Shown here one piece after another: positions 11,693-23,950 of a DNA stretch of 64,000 nucleotides (position 1 is its first letter; each line of letters starts with the position of its first letter). The notes under the pieces were generated by a model, which worked only from the letters and a program-made list of their open reading frames with translations, was not told the origin of the DNA and did not search any database. Made by a program: the position numbers and the translations under genes. The stretch lies in contig MU053416.1 of assembly GCA_013239625.1 (NCBI GenBank), positions 253,496 through 317,495 on the forward strand. Direction: 5' to 3'. Origin of the DNA: Lama guanicoe. Lineage: Eukaryota.

Positions 11693-11725
11693 CTGAAGAA
11701 GAAGATTGTCTTAGACATATGAAAG
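11693..11725 (+). other. Candidate 33-bp exon (xEEEDCLRHMK in phase 1)
   Basis: tttttctctataacctccag| acceptor and AAG|gtgagg donor. Confidence 0.35.
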
Positions 11726-12719
11726 GTGAGGACGCCTACTGTCCCCTCGGAACCCAGGTGGGGCTGGGAGTCTGCTGTTTCTATAGCCGGTGGGCTCGTG
11801 TTGATTTGGGCATCCCTGTGCCTGAATTCCTGCAGTACACTCGGTGGTAAGGACCGGGGTACATGGCAGGTAGGGAAATGAGTCGGGAGACTGCACAGCT
11901 GGGGAGTTGTTAACCTGGGGTGAGTGGGAGCCGGCTGATGCATGGCATCTCAGTGCAGGGAACTCTCCACAGTAAGAGGAGTTCCCACTCCCACAGGGGC
12001 CCTTTGATCAGGGTGTTGGGCTATCAGGGGACCACAGGGGTCCCAGTGGGGATTAAGGTGCCTTCAGGCAATGGGAAGTGAGGGGTCCAGCGGCACTTAA
12101 ATTAACTGTGCACCCAAACCCAGCCCCCACCTCTTTCAGCCTGTTTCCTAATCTGCAAAACTGGAATGATGTTAACCATCCCGCAGGGTCGTTGATGGGC
12201 TGGGACAGACTAGACAGTCAGGAGCTGGAATTCCTCTGTCCCCTGATCGTTTTCCTTCTTTCTGACTATTTGCTCTCACAAGATCAGTCTCGCTGTCTCT
12301 CTGTTTCACTTCTAACTTTCTCTCATGCTCTGGTTTCATTTGATTTCCAACCACCGCCCCTCCCCCTCGCCAATCCCCAGATGAGTGAACTTGATTTCTG
12401 TGTGTCATTTCCAAATTCCCAGGAAAGATGCTCTGTCTCCTCTGGATCTGTTGTCCAACCCATCAGTTGTGGTCAGAGGAGCGAGTCCCTCTGGGACCAG
12501 CAGAGGGTCTCTGCCCAGCCCCCCAGCCACCACTGTGGGAGCACATAGCTCTGCAAGGAGGAGGTACTGGCTGTGACCTTGTGTCAGTCAGTATGAATTT
12601 ATGTCTCCTCTTGCCCCACCTTCATCCTCCTAAACAAAAATGCAAATTAAACACTCCCGGGATTTGTGTCACGGAACACTCAGGGTGGGGGCTAAGGGGG
12701 CTGGAATCTCTGCTGCATT

Positions 12720-15124
12720 TAAGGGGCTACAGTGAATCCCAATGAGAGCCTGAAAAGGAAACAGCACCGGCCCCACCTGGCACTTAGGGTGCTGAGTCTG
12801 CGTGATGTTAAGCCAGGCTTCTGACCACAGCTCAGGGGTCTGGTCTGACCAGTTAGCCTTTGAAACCAACCAGCTTTGGATTCCTCAATCCCTCCCTGAG
12901 GTTTTACCTGAACCACCAGCTTCTGTATCTCTGAAGACAGATGATGAGGACTCTTAACATAAGCCGTTCGCACAGCCCTGTGCAGGCCTTTGTGCTGCAC
13001 GGTCTGCCCGGCGAGCTGACCGAGGTTGGTATTTTACTGATCTTAGAAATAGTCTGGTTTCCCGATGCACTGTTTCACTGAACAAGCAACAGGAGCCACT
13101 TCTCGCTGATAAAAGCAAAAATGGGACTTAATGAAAAGACACTGGGAGTGTGCGTGGAGTGGCCAGGACCTGAGCCAACCCAGGAGCTGTAGGAGGTTTT
13201 AGGGAGCCCCAGACACCAGGCGGGGTGGGGTGCTACCGGGCCCACTGCCACCCCAGAAGGAACCACTCTCCACCCGACCCTCCATCTCACTCACTGTAGG
13301 TTCACATCCCGGCAGTGCCAGGTCACACTGAAGCCACCAGCACACACCTCAATGGGGTAGTTGGCCCCGTCTCAGCTGAGGGCGTGCCTGGTTTGGGGAG
13401 AGACCCAGTTAGAGGAAGGCGGTTCCCCTACTGTTCCGAGTTAAGGTGCAAGTCAGTGCCCGTCACTCAGGAGAGCCAGGCTGGTCGGACCTCATTGTGG
13501 TGACTAGGACGTCTGAGTTCACTTATTACTTTCTATGTTTGAAGGCCCTGGAGGGAGAAAAAGTGAAGGTTCTAGTACTTATTTTGTGTTTCCCACGTAC
13601 CAGGTGCGGTAAGCAAGCCACTTCAGACAAGGCCCAGAGCAACCACGTTAATAGGCCACGGAGCAAGTTGTGCAGTCAGGCTTCTGTGGTCCTGAAACCC
13701 GTGTCCCCTTCAGATCCATAGTAACCAGTGGAAAATGGGGGGATTTATGGGACTGTGTGCTTCTGTAGGGGCTGGGATGTGTGTGTTTAAATCCACATCT
13801 TCAGAAACTCGACTAGAACCACAGCCACTGATTGGGTGCATGGAGGCAGAGGAGGGGAGCCTTCCAGCCACTGGTCCAGCTCGTGTGGAGCTCAGAAGTT
13901 GCTCCTTCTGTCCTGAAAACAACACCAGAGCTGAGGGAGCTGCAAACCCATTGCTCTTCTTAGATCCCAGAAAACCGAGGGGAAAAGCTGCTCCCAACCC
14001 AGAGAGGCAGCTGGGCAGGCTTGGAGAGTCACAGCTCCCAGGGCAGAAACCGCTTTTGTAAGAACCCCGGGGGCAGGCAGATTTAACAGGTCCCTGAGGC
14101 CAGCAGGAGGCTCAGTGTGGGGAAGTCTGAGTGTGACAACTCCAGGGGGCCAGTCAGAGGGGCTCCATGCTCTTTTTCATGCATTTTACCTCCAGGACCA
14201 TGCCCTGTTCTCAGAATGAATGTCAGAGAAAAACCCCTCATGCTTCCTGCCTGGAAAGGAGAAAATAACTCTATTGAAATACACCCAGAACATTCTGTTT
14301 CATTGGGGGAAGTTGTTTTTTGATGGGTTTTTTTAATGAGAAATTATTTTACCAGAGCCTAGCCAACCTGGGGGAAGGGAAATACCTTCTGTGTCGCCTA
14401 AATTGGGGTGGGTGGAAAGAGACACACTTGTGGAGGACACAGCTCAGGGCACAAGCTCAATGAGAACTAATCACAGGACTACAGATGGTCTCCTCTGTCC
14501 CACCACCCCATCGCCTTACCTCCATGTCAGTAGGGTCCCTGTGTAATAGCAGGAATAAAACTAAAAGAAGTAAGTGTCTCAGGAGTGTCTAGGGAAAACC
14601 CAAAGACAGTGGGGAGATGAAAACAAGGACACACAGGCGGCTATAGACTCTCACACCAATAGCTGTAGCAAACTACATACAGCCCAGCCCCAGTAGATAA
14701 ACAGAAAACCTCGCAGAAGAAACTATTTATTTTGGTTCTCTTACCCTGTGCATTCCATGGTGCATCCTCGCCTAGAATTTAGTGGAAGCAAGTCCATCTC
14801 AGAAGGGACATAACTGAAAAGGGATGGCTTTCCAGACTCTGAAAAGAGTCTGGGTGAGAGCATGGTGAGGGGTGGAATAGGGGGTGAGCTGCCTTCTTCT
14901 CCAAATAAGGAAACTTCCTGAGGCCAGCACAGTGGGAGGGAGGGCCATGGGGTGGAAGCAGCCAGACTTCTTCCTGAGAACTGATGGGATGCCTCCAAGG
15001 GACCATTCAGGTGCCCAAACTGGGCCATGAGGGTGGGAGCCAGTCGATCTGCCTCAGAGCCCAGGACTGAGGTGGGCACACAGCAGGTCTTACTTGGCCT
15101 TGTCCATTTCACTTCCGTGAAGCC
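12720..15124 (-). pseudogene. Candidate 4-exon small gene or pseudogene: MDKAN|YVPSEMDLLPLNSRRGCTMECTG|HALS*DGANYPIEVCAGGFSVTWHCRDVNLQ|LSLGFTVAP*
   Basis: Exons 15124-15094 (31 bp, GAAATGG Kozak), 14813-14745 (69 bp), 13387-13295 (93 bp, branch point ctctaac), acceptor at 12749; donors gtaaga, gtaaga, gtgagt; all junctions phase 2; one in-frame TGA. Confidence 0.5.
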
Positions 15125-15405
15125 CTGTGTAAAACATGAAGCGTGGACGGCCTAGTGAGAACAGCTCTGCCCTCTAAGCGGCTTCAACTCCTCTCTTCCC
15201 AGAGAACAGCATCTCTGAGCCCGTCCTGGGAGACGTCACAGAGATCACGCTAGTGGCCCAGCCTAGTGGCAGGGAACATATACTTTCTGGCAGGCAACCC
15301 CAGAGGTCCACTGATGCATCATATACTGGCAAGCATGTGAGTCCCTGCACTCTGGTGCAACAGCAGAGGCTCTGCCACAGGCCCAAGAAGTGGTGTGTGG
15401 GACAT

Positions 15406-15603
15406 GCAGGGGTGCAGGGATTTAGGTGGTGCAAGGTGAAAGTTGTGCCTAGGTTCACGGGCTGTGGAGGGTGCAGGAAGTTCAGGGGCGAAGGGAGTGC
15501 AGGGGTGCAGGAGTGCAGGGAGTGCAGAGGTTCAAGAGTGCATGCAGTGCAGGGGATGCAGGGGTTGCAGGGGTTGCATTGGTGTAGGGGTGCAGGGAGA
15601 TGC
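15406..15603 (+). repeat. Degenerate G-rich minisatellite (GGTGCAGGG-like)n
   Basis: More than 10 copies of tgcagg(g) cores. Confidence 0.85.
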
Positions 15604-15719
15604 TCAGGCTTGTGGCCAGGATCAGAAGGCTGGTGCACATCCTCGCAGTCAGCCTGACCCCTGGAGGCGGGTGTGCTGAGTTTGGGGTGGCGGTGGCGGG
15701 AGGGGGCTGCCCAGGCAAG

Positions 15720-16200
15720 CCGGTTGATTCCTTCTCTTCCCCGCAGCCTGGCCTGGAGGCGGCCTTGGCCGCAGGAAATTCCCCGAAAGTCGAAAGTCGG
15801 ACTCCAGGTGAGCTTGCTCCTGGGGGGCGGGGCGGTTCGGTCTGGGGCGGCCGCAGCGGCAGAGGCAGCGGCAGAGGAGGGGAGTAGCCCTGCCCCTGGC
15901 GAGCTGGTGGGTTAGCTCCCGTCTTCCCGGAGGCCGGGCCTGGGAGCGGCCTCTGCTGCCCCAGGTCGCCAGACACACCTGTCCCACTCAGCTTGCTGAG
16001 GAGGGGAGTGGGGCAGTGCAATTAGGGTGCGGGGGTGACGTGGGTAGGGGGCCCGCCGCCCGGGAGCCGGCAGTTTGCTCCGCTCCTTCCCGCGGCGTGG
16101 CCTGGGGGCGGCCTCTGCTGCCCAAGAAGCCGGACGCCCGTCTCCAGGTGAGCTTGCTGCTGGGGGGTGGGCGAGTGCGGTCAGGGGGCGGGTAAGCTGG
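15720..16200 (+). promoter_or_regulatory. CpG-rich region built of three ~170-185 bp diverged units, two keeping 5' splice donors
   Basis: ttccc(c)g...ggcctgg(a/g)(g/a)gcggcct...agcttgct repeated at ~15740, ~15920, ~16087; CAG|gtgagc at 15808 and 16148. Confidence 0.7.
15774..15797. promoter_or_regulatory. Adjacent NF-kB site (GGAAATTCCC) and IRF/ISRE-like GAAAGTCGAAAGT
   Basis: ggaaattccc is the reverse complement of GGGAATTTCC; GAAA-N3-GAAA follows immediately. Confidence 0.55.
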
Positions 16201-16204
16201 CGCA

Positions 16205-16800
16205 AATAGTTTCTCTCTATGGCTTGTCTTTTCATTTGCTTAGCAGTGTTTTGAAGAGTTTGAAGTGTCTTCATTTTGATAAAGTTCACTATATCAGTTA
16301 CTTTTTAAAATAGATTATACTTTTGGTATCATAGCAAAGAAATATTTGCCAAACCCAAGGTCATATTGCTTAAGCCTATGCTTTTCCTCCTAGCTGTTTT
16401 ATAGTTTTGGATTTCCTATTAAGATCTATGATCCATTTTGAATTTATTTTTCTGTATTTTATGAGGTATGGGTCAAAGTTCATTTTTCTCTTTTTGCATA
16501 TGGATATCTAATTGTTCCAGCACGACTTGTTGAAAAGATCCTTTCTCCAGTGCATCCTTACTGAGATTCAATTGTCCATCTAAATTTTGGTTTAGTTAGG
16601 AACATTCTATTCTGTTCCATTATTCTATTTTCCTGTTTTACAACAATACCATACTTTCTGATTAGTGTAGCTTTATTTAAAAAGTCTGAAAATCAAATAG
16701 TGTAAGTCTTCAAAATTTTTCTTGTTCAAAGTTGTTTTGGATATTTGATTTTTTGCATTTTTATATGAATTTTAGAATTAGTTTTTAAATTCCTTACATC
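16205..16800 (-). mobile_element. Old LINE-1 ORF2 fragment
   Basis: Typical antisense L1 motifs (atgatccattttgaattt, ttgcatatggatatctaattgttccagcac); ORF track shows ...AKQMKRQAIE. Confidence 0.8.
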
Positions 16801-18154
16801 CTGTTCTGCCAAATTTCCACCCATGTCTTTGGCCATCTTCCAAGATACATTTTCTGAAGAAGTTTCTCTAGGCCCCAGGTGAAAGGAATTTTTCTTCTTC
16901 TGTGCTCCATACACACTTCATAATATTTGATTGCATTTATTCATATTTAGCTGTATTTATTTGTCTGATCTTTCCTGCCATATAGCAAACCTCTCAAGAG
17001 TAGAAATCTTGGCTTGGTTCCCTCTGTCTCCTGAGAATACTAGTTCTGTGCTTTGCAGGAGTGAGCCCTGCAGTAAGAGGTATCTGCAGCACACATCTTG
17101 CTCATCGCTTGCATATTGTCAAGGAATCCTGCAGATTTAGAATTGTTTATTGTTTGTTATCTCCAAGACCACTCAGTGTTTATTATTTCTATTGCTGCTG
17201 CTGCCTTTTCAAAGAGCAATGGGCTAATTATTTTCCAAATATCAAAACATGCTACAATTGACTTGTGATGCTAGTTATGTACTGCTGTGTCTTAACAACC
17301 TGCTCAGTGTTCACAGGCTCCTTCACTCACGAAACTTTTTGTAGGATGTCTTTTGCTACTTGAGCAGCACTATCTGAACTGACTCCTCCTGTATTTCCAG
17401 TGTCCCCTCAATCCCTCTTCCAGCTCTCCCAGGGGTACCAGTAGTTCTACCTTCGAAAAGCCTGTTGTTTCTCAGGAAGAGTTTCCTGTGAAATATAATC
17501 ATGTCCCTCTTGTGGGGACATTCAGTCCAGAGATTTGGCGTCAGGGGAAAATGTTTAATCTGCTTATGGTAGAGCCTAATTGTTCCATACTTATTAGAAG
17601 CAAATCCAATGAGGAAACTGTGTTGGCATCTAACAAATCAACATAAATGTCTGATGAGGAAAATCAGCTTCCCCATCCCACTCAGGTGTCATGTTGATGT
17701 GACACTCACCTTGGCTAACGTGTTCTCCTGTGTGCAGCGTAAGTTTGAAGACATTATGAATGGCTTTTTGTTTTTCTTCCTTAGTCTTTCCACATTCAGT
17801 GTGTCTGGTGAAATTATATGAACCCTACTTATTTGCAGCCCAGCACTAACCTTTTTTTTTTTTTTAAGAATCACGTGTTTAAAAGGCTAGAGGGCAATTT
17901 GTTAGAAGATAGAAGTCCTCTTATATTTTGGTCCTAAATTCAAATCTTGGTTAGTGGTGAATGAAAATTCCCCTTAAAATTTAAAATACTGTGATATAAA
18001 GTTTTAAAAATAGTTAAATTTTAGTCAATTTCATTAAACACTATAACAGTTATTTACATTTAACCATTTCTGGGGCAATTATGCAATGATTCCCTCTCTT
18101 CATTGATTCTCTATTTATCACAGTCCTAGAGAGTCCCCTGTCATCACTGTCAGT

Positions 18155-18180
18155 ATCATCATCATCATCATCATCATCAT
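18155..18180. repeat. (ATC)n microsatellite
   Basis: Read directly. Confidence 0.95.
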
Positions 18181-18749
18181 GTAATGGATTCCTCTGGACG
18201 ATTCTAGGAAAATAAAGAGATGGATGTGGAGACACGTACGTGAGTGTGTGTGTATACACTGAGAACAATTATTAGACGTTAGATGCACAATATCCATTCC
18301 ATTTAGAGAAGAATGTGGTCATGAAATCCTGATGTGGTGAACGAAGGAAGCGGTAGGAACAGGATGGTCAATGGAAGGGAGGAGGAAGTGAGCAAAGCTG
18401 GGAGCATAGATCCTCTGTTAGGAGACCAGCACATTGGTGTGAATGAAGGGACTGTGGTGGCAGAACAATGTGTCCCCCACACCCTCAGGGAAGCCACCTG
18501 TGACATGTTACTGTAGACAGTAAAAGGGATGACGCATTTTAGGACAAAAATCTTAAAAATCTTAGAGGATTTTCCTTCTAAATTGGCTATTAGCCTTTTA
18601 AACCCATAATAGGTTGTTAAAGATTAGTGCTGGGTTACAAATAAACAGGATTTGTATAATCTCACCAGACGTACTGAATGTGGAAAGACTAAGGAAGAAA
18701 AACAAAAAGCCGTTCACAAGTGTCTTGAACCTTTATTTGCTCACGAGAG

Positions 18750-19224
18750 GAAATGTTACCCAAGGTTAGTGTCACAGCCACATACATAATGCCTGAGTGG
18801 GGTGGGACAAGGGGATCCTGAGATGAGGTGATAGGGAAAGTAGCCTGGATTTTCCAGGTGGGCCCAGTGTAATCACAGGGGTCTTTACAAGCATAGGACA
18901 TTTCCCATCTGAGTTTAGGATCGGAGAGAGGTGCAGACATGGAGCGATATTCAGAATGGCTGCTGGCCATGAAGATAGAGGAAGTCGTGGGGCACAAGCT
19001 AAGGAAGGCGGGTGACCACTGGAAACTGGAAAAAACAAACAAGGAAACATTTCTTCATTGTCTTCTAGACCCTCTAGAAGGAAGGCACCCTGCTGGTACC
19101 TTGAATTTAGACCAGTGAGAACTGTGTTGGATCTCTGACCTCCACAGCCATAAGGTGATAAATCTGTGCTGGTTTAAGCTATTAAGCTTCTGGAAATTTG
19201 TTACAGTGGTAATAGAAAAATAAC
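18750..19224 (+). mobile_element. MaLR LTR (MLT1D-like)
   Basis: cctggattttccaggtgggcccagtgtaatcacaggggtc...gtttaagctattaag...aatttgttacagtggtaatagaaaaataaca. Confidence 0.75.
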
Positions 19225-19545
19225 ATAGTGAGCAGTAATATAAGGGATTAAAGGTCTAGGATGGGGTGTGGGGAGGATTCTGACATTTACACCTAAAAAA
19301 CCACCAGGTGCAGTGGGAAGGTGTTTTAAGGAAGACCTACCTGGCAGGGCTGTTAAGCAGACTGTTTGGAGTGAGGAGAGCATTGGAGTAGAGGAATCAA
19401 TTAAATCTCTACCAGAAAAATAAGGAATAAAATCTAACAGGGCTTCAGTGTTAGTGGATGTAGGAATGGAAATGGGCAGAGATGGAAACATTACTTTGAA
19501 ATTAGCTACAGGTTTGATGACTGCATGTTGGGGAGAGTTAGCCGA

Positions 19546-19906
19546 TGTGTGGACTGAATGTTTGCATCCCCTCAAAATCCATATGTTGAAACCCCATCTC
19601 CCAGAGTGATGGTATTGGGAGGTGGGGCCTTTGGGAGGTGATTAGTAGGATAAAATGAGGTCAGGAGAGTAAAGCCCTCATGAATGGGATTAGGGCACTT
19701 ATAAGGGGCCCCAGAGTGCTTGCTTCTCTCTGCTCTCCACCCCATGAAGATAGTGGGAAGACAGCCATCTTCAAGCCATGAAGGCAATTCTCTCTCAGAT
19801 ACCTTGATCTTGAATGTCTTAGCCTCCAAAACTTGAGGAATATGCTGGTTGTTTAAGCCACCTGACCCATGGTAATTTGTTACAGCATCCCAGACTGACT
19901 AAGACA
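19546..19906 (+). mobile_element. MaLR LTR (MLT1A-like), complete
   Basis: tgtgtggactgaatgtttg...ggaggtggggcctttgggaggtgattag...tttgttacagcatcccagactgactaagaca. Confidence 0.85.
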
Positions 19907-20928
19907 GTGGAGAATACCTCTGGGTTTGAAACTGATTGCCTGGAGAATGCTGAAACCCAGGGAAGTGGGCAGCACAGACATTAAATCACTTAATCCTGCC
20001 AGCACAGTAGGAGATAGAGTCTACATATTCCTCACCATTAAAAGGTTAGGAAAAAGAGGCACAAATAAGTAAAACAACAACAACAACAACAACAATAACA
20101 AAAATAATAATAAAAATTTCTCCAAGATACACACAGAACCCCCCAGAGGCAGAGTGAGAATTTATACTCAGGCATGCTGGCCCCAGGGACCCTGCTCATA
20201 ACTACCAAATCAAATGGCCTGGCTTATGTGGATCTTTTTTTTCAACTGTGATATAACGGTACTGTGTCCAGTAACTTATAACTTCAAAATACCTCACTAT
20301 AAGGGAATCATTAGTCACAGGCATTACAAACCACAGAAAGCTAGACATACAAAAATAAACTGTTAGGGCAAGAAAACCACTAATGTTTCTAAACATCATA
20401 TGTGCTGAGACTTTGCTGTAAAATGTTTATTTATAATTCTGCCTGGCTACAGAATAACTTCATAAATCTACATGTGGCTGGTTGCTCACATGTTGGACAG
20501 CACGGGCCTAGAGAACTGAAATGACTTGCCGATCCTCACACAGGAAGCTCATGGTGGAATCAGATCTACAATCTGGGACTTTTCCTTCTTATCCAGCAAG
20601 TCCTTCATGGAGGCTTAGAAGCTTCTCCCCTTTGGGGCTCAGCTGTCTATCCATGCTTATGACATCTTGTCAGGTGTCCCAGCCTACTCCTGAACATCAG
20701 CCAGTACACACTTCTGGTCTTTTCTGACCATGTAATATCTCTTAGCAATTTTGGTGACATCAGTTCTTACCTGGAATGGTAGTGGCTAGAGATGTAAATG
20801 TGTCCACAAGAGCAGACTGACAGATTTTTCATAAACGTAGCAGGAGTGGTCAAGAAAAGAAAAAGTCAGGAATAAGAGCAGAAGCAAGTCATTTAATATA
20901 CCAAATGAATACTTTCAATGTTTGTTTG

Positions 20929-21457
20929 TGTTACTGAGTCCAAACTCATTCTGCTCACTGCAGGACAGGCCAATAAATTGGAAGACCACATTTTGTGGCA
21001 AGAAATAGCGTCTTTAATTGGAAAACCAGCTGACTGAGGAGATGGCAGAGTAATTGTCCTGGAGAACCATCTTCCCCGTCACAATTTAGGCTCCTTTTAT
21101 ATTAAAAAGGGGAAGAGGGTGTGCTTGGTTATTGGAAACATCTTGGTGTGGGAATCCTTTGTTGTTAGAATCCTTTATTGTTGCAGCTGTCCACCTGGCT
21201 CAGATCCCTGTAAACCTCCAACAAAACAAATGTTATTTTCTGTTCTGTAACATGTTATCTTTATAAGAATGGAAAAGTGTTAATATCCTTAAAGGTCAAA
21301 GCCTTGAGAATAGGTTCTCCTGTGTATTTCAGGCTCTAGGCAACATTGTTTTATAAAAGATGCAGAACCAACAAGACTAAGCCTCGGAAACAGAGCACAG
21401 GGTTAATGTCAAAGAAAAAGATGTAATATGGAGTCAGATTTGTTCTTTCCTATTACA
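20929..21457 (-). mobile_element. ERV1-class solo LTR (MER41/MER4-like)
   Basis: TG...CA termini; minus strand starts tgtaataggaaagaacaaatctgactccat and has TATA (tataaaagg) and ATTAAA; subfamily name from memory. Confidence 0.75.
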
Positions 21458-22112
21458 ATAGTGCCATGGAGAAACCAGTTTGGGCAGCTTTTTGTGGGGC
21501 CCTGGAGGCTTTCTCTCTCAGCCTCTGGGCATCTCTGTTGAAAACCCTTCCTAGCTGTCTGGCCTGATGGAAACCCATTCCACCTGGTTTGCCCTAAAGA
21601 TGTGTTCTGTTAATAACTCATTTATACTCCTTGGGAACAACTCAATAAAAACTCAATTGGTTTTCCACCAGCACCCCTGGGCAGGGCTCAGGGATAGCAT
21701 GTTATTATTTTATAAAAAATATACATAATAAATGAAATCATAAAACAGCACTGGGTACATAGGAGAGAGTCAATAAATGCTTCCTGGCTTAAAGCAAAAG
21801 TGACGGCTCAGTTTTCCATGGCTGCTGTACTTGCTGAACTAGTTACTCCTTCCCTCCATTACACTTTTTTTTTAACTGAAAAAGAAACCCAAGCATATGT
21901 TAAAAAAAATTCAAACAGCACAAAAATACACAAGGGAAAGGTTTCCCTCATCCTTTGTTCTCTCAGCCCCCCCTGGAGATGCCACTGTTTACAATCTTTT
22001 GTGAGCTTTTCCAAATATTTTATGCACATTTCAACCTATGTATGTAAATTCCTTTAAAGTTTTACTTATTTTTATCCTAAAAGGATTTAAATCCTCAAGT
22101 GGCTTCTGCCTC

Positions 22113-22595
22113 AATAATAGCAAAGAACAAATCAGACTCTGTATTAGATCTGTTCCTTTGACTTTAACCCTGTGCTCTGTCTCCTAGGCTTCATCTTTCT
22201 TGTAAAACAATGTTGCCTAGAGCCTGAAATACACAGGAGAACCTATTCTCAAGGCTCTGACCTTTAAGGATATTAACGTTTTTCCATTCATATAAAGATA
22301 ACAAGTTGCAGAATAGAAAATAACATTTGTTTTGTTGGAGGTTTACAGGGATCTGACTCAGGTGGATAGCTGCAAGAACAAAGAATTCTAAAAACAAAAA
22401 ATTCCTACACCAAGAAGTTTGCAACAACCAAGCAAGTAGGAAAGGATCCTGAATTCTGACTTGGGGAGATGGCTTTTCAGGACATTAGTTTGCCATCTAG
22501 GTCTACAGAAACTTGCTATTCCATGCCCCAACACCTGCTCTTCTGATTTATTGGCCTGTCCTGCATTGAGGAGAATGAGTTTGGACTCAAGAACA
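22113..22595 (+). mobile_element. Second solo LTR of the same family in opposite orientation, TATA and polyA signal eroded
   Basis: Reverse complement of 20929-21457 over its length, e.g. aaaacaatgttgcctagagcctgaaatacacaggagaacctattctcaaggct. Confidence 0.8.
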
Positions 22596-22957
22596 CTCCT
22601 ATCTACATAGCAAGCTGGGCACTGGAACTGAGGACAGCTCTACCACACCCAGGGACCTACTGTGAGCCCTTCATTGTTCCACTAGGGTGGAAAGTGGTTT
22701 ACCCAGGAGAGATGGGGACTATGCGCCGACACTGGGGCAGTCTGCTCTGTCTGGGTCTCTGAACTTGTACCTCCCGCTCCCTGCCAGCCCAACAGCTGGG
22801 AAAGTGCAGCTAAGGCAAAGATCATGCCTGCCTCAGTTTCCCAGCCTGTAAAAGGGGAGTATATACTCTTCCCAACGTAGTTCTAAGCAACAAAGCCTGT
22901 CGGTGTTTAGTTCCAGGAGCAACAGGAAGCCCAGCTCCTCTTGGGGGCAACAGATGT

Positions 22958-23041
22958 GATCCGCATATGGGTTCTGCAGGGCCTTGGCTGGAGGGCTTAA
23001 CCAGGGAGGTGTAATTTGAGCTTCTGGCCTTGAGGGGCTAG
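22958..23041 (+). pseudogene. TRAPPC9: Decayed homolog of the upstream first exon of the long TRAPPC9 isoform
   Basis: Translates DPHMGSAGPWLEGLTREV*FELLALRG* versus recalled human DPQWASAGPPPLSFTEEVKFELRALKDW; donor appears mutated (tag|agaagt). Confidence 0.6.
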
Positions 23042-23279
23042 AGAAGTGCATGGAGGCAGGACTGGTGCCTCCTTCGGGGTGCCCTTGAAGGTAAAGCTTT
23101 TTCTCTTCATCTCTGCTACTCCCCTCCCCCTTCTCCCTCTAGATCTCTCACTTCTCCTTGCTCCTGCTCCGTCCATCTCTCTCCCTCCACTTTCCCCTTC
23201 CTCTCCTCCTCCCATCTTCTCCCCCTCCCATCTTCTCCCTCCCTCGATTCCCCTGTGTATCTCCCAGAACCCAGAGCCC

Positions 23280-23950
23280 AGAGCGGATCGCTGGCCTTCC
23301 CGCGCATGCCCACGGTTGGATGCCAGCTGGACCGCGGGTCCGAAGCTCCAGCTCCGAGCCAGGGATCAGCCCCAGTGGTTGCTCAGCTCTGTTGCCCGGT
23401 AGGTCTTTGGCTCCTGCTCCGGGTCAGGGCCTCCGGCTGTGTAAGTGGAAGGTTGAGGGCTCTGGGGAAGGGGGTCCGCGTGTCACAGCCTGCGAAGGCT
23501 CGAGTCAGTGAGTGTCCAGCTGAGGGGCTCGTGCCAGCCCCCTCTGCCTGCGCCACCTGCCCCGGCTTCCAGGCCACACCTGTCCAGGGCCGGGCAAGCA
23601 CCTTCCGGGGACATGGCCACCCCCGTCCATACCGCGGCCCGCACCTGCCACCTCTCGCCCCAGCCGGGCTCCCCTCAGTCCACGGGCCGCGCCCCCTTCC
23701 GCTCTCCTGACGCGAGTCCCCTCCTCCCAGGCTTCCTCTCCTCGGCTGCAGACCCCGCCCCGCCCCTGGGCGGGCTGTGTCCCAGACCAGCGGGGTCTGC
23801 GGAGCCGGGCGGGGGCAGGGGCTGGGACTGGCCCCCCACGCCCCCTACCGCTTTCCCTGCCCTGCCACCTCTAGACTTCACTCCTCTCCCTTTCCCTGTC
23901 CCCGAGATCCAGCTCAGTGGCGTGGACACTGTTCCCTGTGGCTGAGATCC
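23280..23950 (+). promoter_or_regulatory. Partly eroded CpG island: TRAPPC9-derived promoter and non-coding first exon (donor CCG|gtaggt at 23399)
   Basis: GC/CpG-rich, ~5 kb upstream of exon 2 and just downstream of the exon-1 homolog; CT-rich tract 23100-23260. Confidence 0.6.

Noticed and set aside
4755..13374. In-frame TGA codons in two gene models read as selenocysteine
   Set aside because: No SECIS or redox motif recognised; CpG deamination of CGA is simpler
18050..18268. Poly-Asp or poly-Ser ORF
   Set aside because: Produced by the (ATC)n microsatellite; the plus-strand exon-like reading contains stops
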